Positions 1 through 11,657 of a stretch of DNA of 64,000 bases are shown in pieces. The stretch is from Zygnema circumcarinatum SAG 698-1b. Its lineage: Eukaryota; Plantae; Zygnematophyceae. Within the stretch, counting starts at the first letter, position 1; each line of letters starts with the position of its first letter. Location: the NCBI GenBank assembly GCA_037447605.1, contig CM074812.1, positions 1,798,001 to 1,862,000 of the forward strand. The letters run 5' to 3'. The notes beneath the pieces were generated by a model. The model was not told the origin of the DNA. It did not search any database and saw only the letters and a program-made list of their open reading frames with translations. Both the position numbers and the translations under genes were made by a program.

Positions 1-236
1 TGAGATGTATACAATCCTTCCGTCGTATATACAGTGATGTTTGTAATATGTCTGTACATGGAGCCTGCTTTCATTGGTCTAACGAAACCTTCACACTTCC
101 AGCCTCTCCACTGCCAAACGGTTTACTCATTAGGCTGCTGGTTATCTTAATTGGGACTGAGACAAGGACATCCAATGCAAATGCTTGACATTGGTTCAGC
201 AGCAAGAATGTCGACCTTCCCACAGCAGCCGGCTGG

Positions 237-1901
237 TCAGAAGGTTGAACCCTCCGAAGGCTGCGGAAGGCGCCGGTTTTCCCCAGACATCATCTGGCTA
301 CGAAGCTCATCCAGCACATTTTCCATGGTTTTTTCTTGTGTCCAATTTGAAAGCATCGGCACCTTCCGCGGGTCCACATCTCCAGTCCGCTGATCCACGC
401 ATTTCATATTCACTCGCGAAACAAACCTGTGCACACGCAAAGCAAAGAAAACATGAATGTCCTGAAGACTTTTCTCAATCGTTCTCCCTTTCTGTCACTG
501 CTTGGTAAACTAGTGGAGTAACCTTTCTGACCAAGACTGACGGCAAAATAGCATAGAAATGTTTTCCCCTAATTCCAGCTCACATTTTCACATGTTCCAG
601 AGTCTCGTGTTCATGACAGCCTATCGCACCATTCTCCCTCTGTTCGCTTCGTGCTCTCAGCAGAGGCGCATGAGGAAATAGCAACTGCTAAAACTAACAA
701 CTAGCTCTGCTAGAATTAAAGCCAATGACATCCTTTGCCTTGAATAAACATGCTGGGACGAATAAATGTTGATGTCTATGCTCACTTGATGCGAGGTGGG
801 TGCCGCGGATAGTCCATGTCACATATCATTCGTAACTCGTATATCCTTCCTGCGTGTGTGGTTCCGTCGGGCCCTGACCGTGCAAGAGATTGCAGATAAA
901 GAAATCAGGCGTAAAACAAAGCAATCATCTTCTCCTGCAAAACTTAAGTGCACTACACCATAATTTGCTGAACCTTTGGAGCAGATGACTCAATCCTCGT
1001 TCAACAGTTAAAGCCAAAAGAGCAAAAGCAGTGCACGTGCTTCACTATCCCCTGCAATCAAACTCTAATTATTGTACTTCATAAAGCAACTCGGTTATGT
1101 AACTTCCGGAAAAAACATGTGCAATATACGGGGCATGGCCGCTCACCTATGATCGTGCCACGCCATGAACGCATAGCAATGTCATCGCCATCATCCAGAA
1201 GGCCATAACTCACTCTTCCATCTCCAAGGCCCTTCAGGAATTGACAAGAAATTATGCCTTTCAGTTAGGTTCTACCAGAAGAATTTTTCCTTCTAAACGC
1301 TGGACTCCTGAAGAAACTTTACAAATAAGTAAAAGGATTCTATTCACCTACTGTAACTATATACAGAACCAATCGTGAGAAGAAGATGCTACGTAAGAAA
1401 CCTGACTCATCTTCGGAAGTGAAAATCGAGAACTCCCATGCGAAAAGGGCACTTATCAAATTCACGTATATCCAAGTTTACTCTTAAACGTGCTTGTACC
1501 AACCAACCTGCAAACCTGTAAATGCTTTGCTCAACGATTACTGAAAACCTTCTATACTCATTGCAAACTTCAAGTCAGCGATTATGGAAAAACGGTATGG
1601 AAGACTGGGAGGTACACACACAACGGGTGTCCCGTTTAGGGCAAAAACGCACGGCTGAACAACCGCAGGACAGCCTTAGACCTCATTGACCTTTTGCAGG
1701 CAATCAAGGTCGAGAAAGCTGCTCATATTATCTTGAAGAAATCAAGGCGAGCATGTGAAGTAAAACATAACTGCAACGCCCGTTCTACCTTGCTGAAGCG
1801 CAGAGTACATCAAAGAGGCAAAGAAGTACCTTCTCACCCCTTTCTAGCTCATGCAGCAGACGGAAACTCCGCGGCATCACCGCACCCGCTGTAAACGCCA
1901 T
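237..1901 (-). CDS. UEV1: Ubiquitin-conjugating enzyme E2 variant (UEV1/MMS2 family), 4 exons (~1830-1901, 1147-1231, 786-873, 237-427)
   Basis: Spliced translation [24 protein letters not shown]|[28 protein letters not shown]|[30 protein letters not shown]|[11 protein letters not shown]...[12 protein letters not shown]. It has the UEV motifs (PRSFRLLxELERGEK, LPQPxEG) and GT-AG introns. Confidence 0.95.
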
Positions 1902-3026
1902 AAGGCGAGCACGACTGCTGCCCTGGACACCCTGGGTCCCTGCTCCCCGCGCCCTGCAAGCGTAACTTCCCCCGAAGAGATGCGAAATATGCTTCAAATT
2001 GCTTGAATGCTTGCAGACTTGACAACTGAGAGTTAAGATGGTCGACCTCCTGCACGCGCACCTGCACTTGCTGTTGCCTGCTGCAGCGCCCCGCGAGGCG
2101 GATGCTGTAACAAGGGCAGGATGTCAGCTTACGGCGCAAACCTGGCGCCAGTTTTCAGTCCTGAGCTGCTTCACTGCGGTTGGTGCAGTGGCGTACGGTG
2201 CAGTTTGCAATTGCTTCCCTCTTATTCCACTTTTTTTTTTTTTCTTTAAGCTCTGCTCTGCTCTTGCTTGGGATGCAGTAAAAATGAACATGGAAGAGTT
2301 TTCCCCTAACAGGGCAGTGCAATCTTCTTTAATCTTCACCATTTTAAATTTTGATTTTAAAAAGTGCTGCAATGTCTTGGATACGGGTGGGGATCAACAA
2401 ATCTTGGAAGTTGGCCTCTGTCGAAGCAATGGTTTCATGGAACACTTGGGACATTCTTTGACGTTGTTCCCTGTGCTTGCTGCGAGACTCAATTCATTCA
2501 CTATTGGCACTGGACAATGTATCCGAATGTCAGGGAGCAATCACTACAATTTCCAACACCTTTTTAAGGGCATGAAAGCTAAACTTTGGGCTCTTCTGTC
2601 TCTAAATAAAGCTGCAGAAAGAGATGTTTGGTTCTTGTCTGGCGTCCTCAGCACTTGCTGAAGCAGTGATCACCTCTGGCGGCAGTGCTGGCCAGAACCA
2701 TGGGACTTTAAAAGCCAAAATTCGACTTTAATTCCATTTCTTATGCGTATGCTTTTCAGACACTCATTTCAAAAGGAATGCGTATGAAACCTGAAGCACG
2801 AACGTCCGCCACAACAGCCTTTCATCAACGAAAGCAAGCCTTAAAGATGCCTGAAGCAGCGCAGGGCTTGAGGGCCGAAGCACAGAGGAGGAGGAGGAGG
2901 CATGCCAAAATGAGGGCACTACAAAATTTATAAAAAGAAATATTGGAACACGGCCATGTCTAGAGAAAGTCGTCCCGCACTGACGACCAAGCGAGAGAGT
3001 GGCCTGCTCACAGCGGCCGGCGGCGA

Positions 3027-5990
3027 CTAGTACTCCGTTTCAATCACTTCGTCAATCAAGCCAAACTCCACCGCCTGCAGGACCCACAAGTTGCCGGCGG
3101 CTTCTGTCAGCTTGCCACACAGTACCCACCAACATTCCCATAAAGAAGAAGAAAAAGTAGAAGAAGAATATGAAGATCGCTGACAGTTGGTCACCAACTA
3201 CTTCCAAGAACCCCGCTACAAAGTTTTCCTCTTTCTCCGCTCTCTGGTCTGAAAAGTGAAGTCTAGTCAAGAAAACGTAGAAGAATATGAAGATTGCTGA
3301 CAGTTGGTCACCAACTTCTTCCAAGAACCCCGCTACAAGGTTTTCCTATTTCTCCGCTCTCTGGTCTGAAAAGTGAAGTCTAGTTCATACGAGCCATCCA
3401 AGCAGATGCATTGTAGCATACCCCGCCATGGCCAACCATGGACACCCCCCAGGCAGCTTGGCAGAACATGAAACTGTGCGCACCTCTGCAGCTGAAAAGA
3501 ATCGGTCTCGGTCGGTGTATTTTTGTACCACCTCCAGCGGCTGCCCTGTAAAGGCCGAGTACATCTTATCCAGTTTCTGTTCACAGAAGGGGCAGCAAAA
3601 ACGCTGTTAGGAAGTGATCAACACAAGCAGACTTGCTCGAGACACGCAGAGGTACTACGCTGGTGCAAAACAATCAAACTTTACCAAGCTAATGCATCAG
3701 CAGCGCGTTTTTAGAAGAAAATTGTCAGCAGGAGTAGTTCATCTCTGCACTCAAACTTGAGACGAACCAACAGTCAGTATTAACAGAGTCGTGTGCTTTG
3801 CTCTCTGCCTCCTGAGTGCCAACATGGGAGGAGGAAAGAGCAGAAGGGTTGAGATTCTCACATCACGAGAGGTAACCACTTCATTCACTTGTCGCCTCAC
3901 GTCTTCCGCCGTGCCCTGGAGGAGCAAAGCTATCAGGTAAGGAGTCGAGCTATCCAAGTTCGGATGATGCGAGATCTGGGGTTCGAATAGTATTCAATCC
4001 ATAGGAAACAGTGCACATACATGTACATCATGACCTTAAATTGAAGACGAATTGAGAAGTGAGGGGGGCATTTTACATACCCCACATCCACCCTGGGGTT
4101 GATGGATCATAATTCGAGCATTCGGCATAGCAAATCTTTTGCCCTTTGTTCCACCGGCCAGAATCAACGCACCCTGACTAGCCGCTAGTCCAAAGGCCAC
4201 GGTACTTATGTCTGGTTTAACCTGACAGAAATCCAAGTATCATAGCCCCACGAATTCGATCACAATGATGCCACCCAGATAACATAGGAGACTTTCAAAC
4301 GGGGTGAGAAACCATGAAAAAAAAATATGGAAATGGATAGTTATTGCCAGGTCTGTCCAGTTGAGACAACGGCAAAGTTGGTAAAGGCTCACCCAAGCCA
4401 TGCAATCATAAATTGCAAGAACGCTATATGTGCTCCCGCCCGGGCAATTGATGTACATCTGTCATCCCACCAGCAGCGCATTGCGTGTTCAGAAAACAAA
4501 AGCATGGTGCCACGATTTTTTGCGATGATTGTAACTCCTTTTGACAACAAAATACATACCAAAAAAAAACTAGGTTCGATCCTTAAAAGGGCTCCAAAAA
4601 TAACTATTGTGTGGCATCATCTAAAGTAAAAATTCACTCAGAAATTGCTAATGATTATGTTACAATGTCCGATTGCCCCTCCCCAAATTATCCCTATCTA
4701 ACGTAGTAGACCCCTCCAAACCATTACTGGATATCCATTGAGTAGATTTCGTGAAACTCATGGTGATTTCGAAATGCATCTTGTGTAGAATAAGTAACAT
4801 GGTTTATTGACATTATGAATGTAGCAGAACAGAAAAAATAACTGCACCTTTATCTCTTCGTTTTCATCTATGGTCGCAAGCGTCATTAACTGGGAAATAA
4901 CCCGTTGTGCCACCTGGCCGTTGATCGGAGAGCCAATAAAGACAATACGATTCCTGAAAAATGCAGTGACTAGGTCTGACGGCCCTCCTGGTGTCATGAC
5001 TGCAGGCATGATTGGAGGAGCCTTCCTTCTGGCCGCTCGGGGAACGACAACCCTGCAGGTATCAACAAAGCTCACAGCCGTTCAGCGCAGCCCAAAATGT
5101 TGGTCAAATGAGTGAGAACAGACAGAATGGCGTCGTTAACAAAACAGAGTTGCAGAGGTAACTATATGAGGATGAGAACTAACTATACTGGTGAACCGCT
5201 TGCAGATGCTTCTCAAAAATTGACGAGTCACTTTTTACGTTTCTCCGCCATCATTGAAGGAGGAGTTCAATCCTACTACCATAATCAGCATACCATTTGC
5301 AAAGGCGATGGTCTGACTAAAGGTAAAACTCACCCTTGCGGCGCAGTTGGTGTCCCAAAGGCATCATAGATTACAGGTTCATAATCTGGCAATGCTGCAG
5401 ATGAGGCTCTTGCCACACCTTGACGAGCAGCCCTTTGTCGACTTGTTTTGCGACTCGAACTAGAGAGCGATTCTTTTTGGAAGAGAGGAGATTGAAAGCT
5501 GGACGGTGCGCCCAGTCGTAAACTGTTCATGCGCATACAAAATAAAAGGCTTTTGTTGAAATAGCAGAATACGCTCAGCTGAGAAAACGACCGGCACAAA
5601 CAGTAGGGCAAACAGAACGAATGGCCAAAGGCAAGCGTCTGGCGAATTCAATTATGGAGTAAGCTAAAATTCTTAAGCTGGAAATCTGAATTCCAAATGA
5701 ATACCGTCATCAAGTGGTCAAGTACAATTGTATTCCGTTCATAAACCTGTCTTGCGAAAAAAGTAATCAAGTACCAGAGTTCATACTCTTACGAGAATAA
5801 ATCTGTGCACAACTCATCTACGCAGATTCCACCTTGAATTACGTCTTACTTCAGCCATGAACCCTATTCAGGCCAGCACAGAATGTTCTCCTTACTATGA
5901 GCCGTAAAATCCCGAAAGCAAGGAGAAGTGGAGAGCAGCATACCTTTGAGATGCGGCTCTGAGAGAGGCGCAGTGAAGTGCTGCCTCCAT
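3027..5990 (-). CDS. CLPP6: Plastid ATP-dependent Clp protease proteolytic subunit, ClpP6-like, multi-exon
   Basis: Exons encode [73 protein letters not shown] (catalytic Ser), [11 protein letters not shown] (His), EDVRRQVNE and [15 protein letters not shown]. The N-terminus ([15 protein letters not shown]) looks like a transit peptide. Confidence 0.93.
3149..3384. repeat. ~118-bp near-identical tandem duplication in the last CLPP6 intron
   Basis: Two copies of AAGAATATGAAGAT.GCTGACAGTTGGTCACCAACT.CTTCCAAGAACCCCGCTACA...GAAAAGTGAAGTCTAGT at ~3149-3267 and ~3268-3384. Confidence 0.9.
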
Positions 5991-6119
5991 GTTCGTGGCA
6001 ATGCTGAGGCAGGAGCGCGCCTGCACTCACTCTGCAGGAGGGCGAGCGAGTGCAGTGCAGTGCAGCGCAGTGCAGCTGCAGCTCTGAGGGGGGGAAGGGG
6101 ACGATGCATGGGCAAGCTC

Positions 6120-6290
6120 GATACAATATCGTATCGTCAACTATATACGATATAGATATATCGTAAAATATTGAGTATCGAAATATGGCGAACGTTCAGG
6201 GCTTGTGACTTCAAGAAGCGGACGGTGAAGCTGTGTACTGTATCGTATCGTTTCGTATCGTTTTATATCGTATAGATCGTATCGAATGTC
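6120..6290. promoter_or_regulatory. TATCG/CGATA-rich island in the CLPP6-TMEM161 bidirectional promoter
   Basis: Dense TATCG/ATCGT repeats lie between two divergent start codons ~540 bp apart, followed by a GA-rich tract. Confidence 0.55.
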
Positions 6291-6528
6291 GAGACTTGGT
6301 GAATGTTCAAGGCTCTCAGAAGCCAACCCCTGTCAGAAATTTGCTTGCCGCTTCCTCCGAGGAAAGAGGGGCCGAGGGAGAGAGAGGGAGAGAGGGGGAG
6401 AGGGAGAGCGGAAGAGAGGGGAAAGTAGAGAGCACTGCAGCTCCTCCGGTGTAGACACAGATTTGGAGTCGCCTGGCGCTCTTTGCAGCTCTCATATCGG
6501 AAGAATTTGAAGCGTGCAATTTGAGTGA

Positions 6529-7971
6529 ATGCCTATAGGCATCGCCACATGCGTCGTCTACGCAGCCCTCTGCCTTCTCGGCGGTTACCTGACGTCGACG
6601 TTCGGGTTCTCTGTGATTCTTCTGGATGGCCTTAAGCAGTACTACGTGGCTGACGGAGATGCCGCAGCCGCAAAGCAGGGGAATGATGGGACGAAGGCGG
6701 AGGCCGCAAGTGGCAACAAGAAGAAGGGGAAGAAGAAGGAGGAGGAGTGGACCGGTGAAGGAGGGACCAAATTGCTGTCTATAAGAGTGCAGCCTATTCA
6801 TATTGTCACTCGACCACATTACAAGGAATACAACGAGGTTGCCATGTTCATATTTTTAGGACTGTCAATTTTGCTAGCTTGCGATGTATTGCACCGCGTG
6901 GTTCCAGAACCACTGCAGGATGCTATTGACGGCGGGGATATAGTGGCCTTGCTGTTTGGAACCATGTCGCTTTGGAGAGTTGCTAAAAATGTGGGGCAAG
7001 TGCAATGGGAGAAAGCGTCCACGAAGTCCATTGATTTGAAGATCTGCGCTCTCGCTGGTGTAGGAGGCTTCCTTCTGGCCTTTCTAATGCTCATGACTAC
7101 GCCGAACTCCTATCTAGACTTTTCCCTTGAGGAGCACATTGAAGAAGCTGGGAAGATCGTTGCAGCCCATTTGAACAGCAAGCTTGTGGAAGGCGCGGAG
7201 CCGCATCCTCCAGTCCACATTCCCGCCGTGCTTGTCAAGACTGTTATTGCTCTCGCAGCTGGCTGTTTGACCGCACTTCTCCTTCCTGCTGCCATCCGAT
7301 TTGTAAGTTGCTACCACATAGCGACCAGTGCAGAAGGAAGGGACTTGAGAGTACTGGAGAGGCATTGGTTCACAAGACTTCTTCTTCACCTGAGCTTTCT
7401 ATTGCCAATTCTTACTCTTTTTCTGTGGATAAAGCCGATGGCATCCCTCCTTTTGTATCAGCCCGATGCTGATTCTGAAGGAAAGCATAGTGCTGACGAC
7501 TCGAACGATAATTCAGATTGGGCAAAGGACCTGGGATTTTCGTTGGCCACATTTTCTGGACTTCGCACAGCTTTTTTGGTGGTTTCGAGTCTACTGCACC
7601 TCCTTTGTTTTAGAATAAATGTGCAGTCACACTTGAACACCGCTGTTACCATCTGGTACAATACCCTTCATCGAAGCACGGAACTCGACCTAAACTACAT
7701 GAAGGCCAAACTAGCCCTTACCATACATATTCTGTCTAGAGTTGCCATGCAGTGTTTGTTACCTGGAGTCATTCCCTTGATCCTTGTAGGGCTCTCCAGG
7801 GCTCGAGGGAGCCATTTGGACGCTAAGGCAGTGCAGAACGGCTTCCTCTTTCCACCATCGTTGATGCGGGAAATTTTGGTGTTTCTTGCCTGGTGGGCAA
7901 ACTCGGTTTGGGCTTTAGAAACGTTTTTGATTCTGGCTGGCTTTAGATTAGGTAGGCTCCAGGCCGCCTAG
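6529..7971 (+). CDS. TMEM161: TMEM161 family multi-pass membrane protein, intronless (480 aa)
   Basis: Uninterrupted 480-aa ORF with many hydrophobic helices and a K-rich loop after the N-terminal helix. Segments such as LLLHLSFLLPILTLFLWIKPM, FRINVQSHLN and FLAWW resemble TMEM161. Confidence 0.8.
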   Translation: MPIGIATCVVYAALCLLGGYLTSTFGFSVILLDGLKQYYVADGDAAAAKQGNDGTKAEAASGNKKKGKKKEEEWTGEGGTKLLSIRVQPIHIVTRPHYKEYNEVAMFIFLGLSILLACDVLHRVVPEPLQDAIDGGDIVALLFGTMSLWRVAKNVGQVQWEKASTKSIDLKICALAGVGGFLLAFLMLMTTPNSYLDFSLEEHIEEAGKIVAAHLNSKLVEGAEPHPPVHIPAVLVKTVIALAAGCLTALLLPAAIRFVSCYHIATSAEGRDLRVLERHWFTRLLLHLSFLLPILTLFLWIKPMASLLLYQPDADSEGKHSADDSNDNSDWAKDLGFSLATFSGLRTAFLVVSSLLHLLCFRINVQSHLNTAVTIWYNTLHRSTELDLNYMKAKLALTIHILSRVAMQCLLPGVIPLILVGLSRARGSHLDAKAVQNGFLFPPSLMREILVFLAWWANSVWALETFLILAGFRLGRLQAA

Positions 7972-8580
7972 GATTAATCCTTCAAAATACAATTGCTAGG
8001 TCACGGTGAACTGCTTAAATGCCTTAATGTGTTTTTTCCTTTCTGCCTGCTCAGGCAATAGGTTTCATGTAGCCGCTTCAAGGAAAAAAATCTCTTCCTC
8101 CAATTCTGAATGAGGCTGTCAGTGCTGTGCTTCATTCACTAGGAGGCTTGCTGAGCACCACCATATTGATGATGGCATGTGAATAGTCTGGAACAATAGC
8201 AGTACCGCCGTGTGCTCTGGCAGACATGGCTCTTGTTGTCTCGGTCGAGTAGATCAATGCAGCGTGAATTAACACAATGCCGATGTGGCTTCTGGTGTAT
8301 ATCCGTTTAGTTTTCTGTCACGTCAGTCTTTGGAATGTCAACGATCTCCCTCAAGCTGATTTTGAGATATTCAAATTACTGTTCAAAGTGCTCAGTATGG
8401 CAGTGGCGCTATGTTTATGTGAAACTTAAGCTGGGAAAAAATGACATTGTTCTATCTTTTCTGCTTCGACAAGCTCTTTTGTGTTCCAACAGGAGCTAAA
8501 AAAGCTGAAGAATTATTCTCAAACAAAGAATGAGGGAGCTACAATACATGAAGTCGAAGCAGAGAGACGTGCCCTCTCTG

Positions 8581-10242
8581 TCAGCCATCCTCCCCAGCCG
8601 CCTGCAAACGCTCAAGCGAGAAAGCTGCGTGCTCTCTCGTAAGGGCATCCTCTGACGCAAAGGCGAGCCTCTCCAGGGCTGATTTGGCGCCGAGGTCGAG
8701 CATGGCGCGGACACCCACCTCTGCACCATTCAGGAAGTTCATTCAGTCCAGAAGCAGGCCACACTCAGCACCCATACTGTACAGGAGAAATTACAAGGTT
8801 TAATGGTGCTGGGTGCCTCGCCGGAGCTATGACCTCTTTTTTTGCGGCTACTACGCCAGCATGTGTAGTCCTCATAGTGTAACAAAGGGCGCAGATGTAG
8901 AAACATAGATTGCACTCTTTGCTGATCCCCTGACCCACTCATGAGCCCAACTGCAGTTTGACTCACCGCTCTGAGCGAGGTTGGCCAACGCCTTGGCTGC
9001 TTCTCTCAGGGTGGCCTCGTGGTTCGAAGCTGTCAACAGCTGCAACAGCACCGCGATACCGCCTGCCTCCACAATGTTCGCTCGCCTCCGCTCTGCCCAC
9101 TTAACCCAAAGTGATTGACTCTCTTGCCGGTCTAATTAACACGTGAAAATTTTTCCATCTTCCAATGGACGAAGGAACTTTCTTCGTCCTAAACAGCGAA
9201 GCGTTGCAGATGCTGTCAATGTAGAAGTAGCACACTAAGCTTAACCCGCGTCCAATAAACCCTCGCGTGTGCTCATGACCCCATTTACCCAACTCTCGTG
9301 CAAAGTTGAGCAAGAGGAGATAGCAGTGCACCATTTGTCGCAATAAGGTGAAGGCGAGATGCTCCACTCCTCTGGAAAAAAGGGTCTTTTGCTCTACACA
9401 GTGCCACTGAATGGTTCACCAAACTGTCTCCTGCATTCCTTTGCCGGTCCAGAAAAAGGGCCTCCTTCCTTCGTCAGCCATTGCCCTAGAGCCTAATCCT
9501 CAATACTAATGGAAGGCACGGGAAAAGAAAGCCACAATCAACAACGAGAAGCCCATTGGGCCCCATTGAGGAAGCTGCTTTCTATGCAAGTTGTCATCCA
9601 CCATCTAAATGCCAAAGTCCAGGAATACCTTTTAAGCGAATATTGAAGGTACTTACCCATAATGGGGACCGCATTGTATGTACCGTAAGCTAAGGTCAGA
9701 GCTATCAGCCCCTTGAGCACCCAGCCAGTCTTCACTTGAGGATCCTCTTCCTCCTCTGGAAATGGCTGCTCTACATTTTCAGCAACTGCTGCAACGGCAT
9801 AGACAAATTTCCTTTAGCTGAACCAGTCTTGAGAACATGGGAAAAGAACGAAACAAGCACTTGCCAAAGCGCCAATGCCACACACTTTCACTAGCTGCTC
9901 CAACATGTCAACTAAAAGCAAGAATTCTCAGGAAGGAACTCAGGATTTCATGAATACCTTTCGAGGCGAGCAGTCGCAGGGGTGTGCAGCGATGCGGCAG
10001 AACGGAGCAGACGCCAAGCGCCTGCAGCAGCATAGGGGAGTCGCTCAGCAGACAGGAAGGCGCGAGATCCGCAGCCTGCCCGCGGGCATGCATAGCGCCC
10101 TAATGAGGCAGGCATACATCTTCCCAGTTGCTCCCTCCCGGGGGATTCCATGGAAGCGCACAGGCAGAGAGCTGGAGAAGAGTGGCGCAGCAGCTGAGCT
10201 CCCCGTGTGCGCTTGCTGCCAGAGGCGCAGCACTCCCCGCAT
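8581..10242 (-). CDS. Small ARM-repeat protein with an N-terminal targeting peptide and a transmembrane segment (5' end uncertain)
   Basis: Exons: ...RCTPLRLLASK|AVAENVEQPFPEEEEDPQVKTGWVLKGLIALTLAYGTYNAVPIM|GDSLVNHSVALCRAKDPFFQRSGASRLHLIATN|ERRRANIVEAGGIAVLLQLLTASNHEATLREAAKALANLAQS|EVGVRAMLDLGAKSALERL...GEDG*. It contains the ARM consensus. The start ATG is at 10093 or 10242. Confidence 0.75.
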
Positions 10243-10317
10243 TCCGCCTCCCTCCCTCCCTCCCTCCCTCCCTCCCTCCCTCCCTCCCTCCCCTCCTGCC
10301 TCCGGCAACCTCGGATC

Positions 10318-10568
10318 TTAGTTAGGGCTGGAGGGAGGATTAGGGTTAGAATTAGGGTTAGATGTACCTTTGGGGTTAGACTTAGGGTTAGGTTTAGAGT
10401 TGAATTAGGGTTAGATTTACCTTTGGGGTTAGAATTAGGGTTAGTTTTGGAGTTGAATTAAGGTTAGATATACCTTTGGGGTTAAAATTAGGGTTAGATT
10501 TACCTTTGGGGTTAGATTTAGGGTTAGATTTAGGACTAGAATTAGGGTTAGGGTAAGGCTAGGGTTAA
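10318..10568 (+). repeat. Interstitial degenerate telomere-like tract (TTAGGG variants) with a ~30-bp higher-order unit
   Basis: Repeated TTAGGG/TTGGGG/TTAGAA units, with recurring TTAGGGTTAGATTTACCTTTGGGG. Confidence 0.85.
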
Positions 10569-10709
10569 ACTAGCCTCGAGTCTAGGCTAGTCAGACTGAT
10601 GGGCTCACGCATTAGTTAGTTAGTTAATTAACCAGGCCTGGGCCTTGTGCTTGGCGCATGCGGTTCTGGAAGGACAAGGGCCGGGCGGGCAAATTGGCAA
10701 ATTGGCAAA

Positions 10710-11166
10710 GGGGGCGACTATTTACAGTGTACGTTTTCTGAATGTAGTGTACGTTTTCGGGGGGCAGCAAAAAAATCCTTTTTTTAAAACTGACAGAAAA
10801 AGATAGGACACATAACGTAGCGTGTTTCAGGAAAAATCTGTCAGTTTTTTTCCCGCCATTTCCGATTGCCGTCCGCGGACTCCACTTTTGTCGCGTCTCG
10901 TTTCGTCACGTCACGGTCCCAAACATACTTGTCACGTCATATATTGCCGCGACCAATCATGTCGCTCCACGTGTTGCGCCCTTATACCTTGTAGACGCGC
11001 GCGCTTCGTACATTTCAAATCACTATCCGTACATCCGACGAAAAAAGGTCTGTATCTATTCTGAAAAGTATGAAACAGCGCCGGGCAGCCAAAAAAATGA
11101 TTTTTTTGCTGCCCCCCGAAAACGTACACTACATTCAGAAAACGTACACTGTAAATAGTCGCCCCC
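10710..11166. mobile_element. Non-autonomous Mutator-like MITE (457 bp)
   Basis: TIRs of ~68 bp (GGGGGCGACTATTTACAGTGTACGTTTTCTGAATG... / ...GTAAATAGTCGCCCCC) flanked by a perfect 9-bp TSD ATTGGCAAA (10701-10709 and 11167-11175). Confidence 0.9.
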
Positions 11167-11192
11167 ATTGGCAAATTGGCAACTGTCAACTA

Positions 11193-11248
11193 TCAACGGC
11201 CAACGGCCAACGGCCAACGGCCAACGGCAACGGCAACGGCAACGGCAA
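11193..11248. repeat. (CAACGGC/CAACGG)n microsatellite
   Basis: Direct tandem repeats visible in the sequence. Confidence 0.85.
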
Positions 11249-11657
11249 GCTGCCCGCGGCCGGCTTGCCCGCGGCTGGCTGACGTGGGAAAATGGTCACG
11301 TGACAAACAAAGAGAGGAGGTCGCATCACGTGGCGTTCTTACTTCCAATGAAAAATGAACACGTCGACGTTTTGGTGCCACTTGCACGAGTTTCTAAACG
11401 CAGTCTAGACGCAGTACAATTTTGCAGGGAAATCCCTATGTCACCGATGTACTCGTTTGGATATAATGCGTACAAATTACAAGTTTTCAGTAATACTGAC
11501 GATTACCGTATTCACGAATGTACGAATTTATACGAATTCTGAATCTGAAATCCTGAAGGCAGGCCCAAAGCTGCGGAATTGCCATTCTACAGTCCGCAGC
11601 CGCTGAGCAAGGGAGGCTTCCTCCTCGTCTGCAAGCGCTTGCAGGCTGCAGGCCGCC

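Noticed and set aside
2038-2661. 207-aa plus-strand ORF
   Set aside because: No domain features, includes a poly-T-derived Phe run, and lies antisense to the UEV1 upstream region.
3975-3992. GGTTCGAAT tRNA T-loop/B-box-like motif
   Set aside because: No cloverleaf stems around it; the site is intronic.
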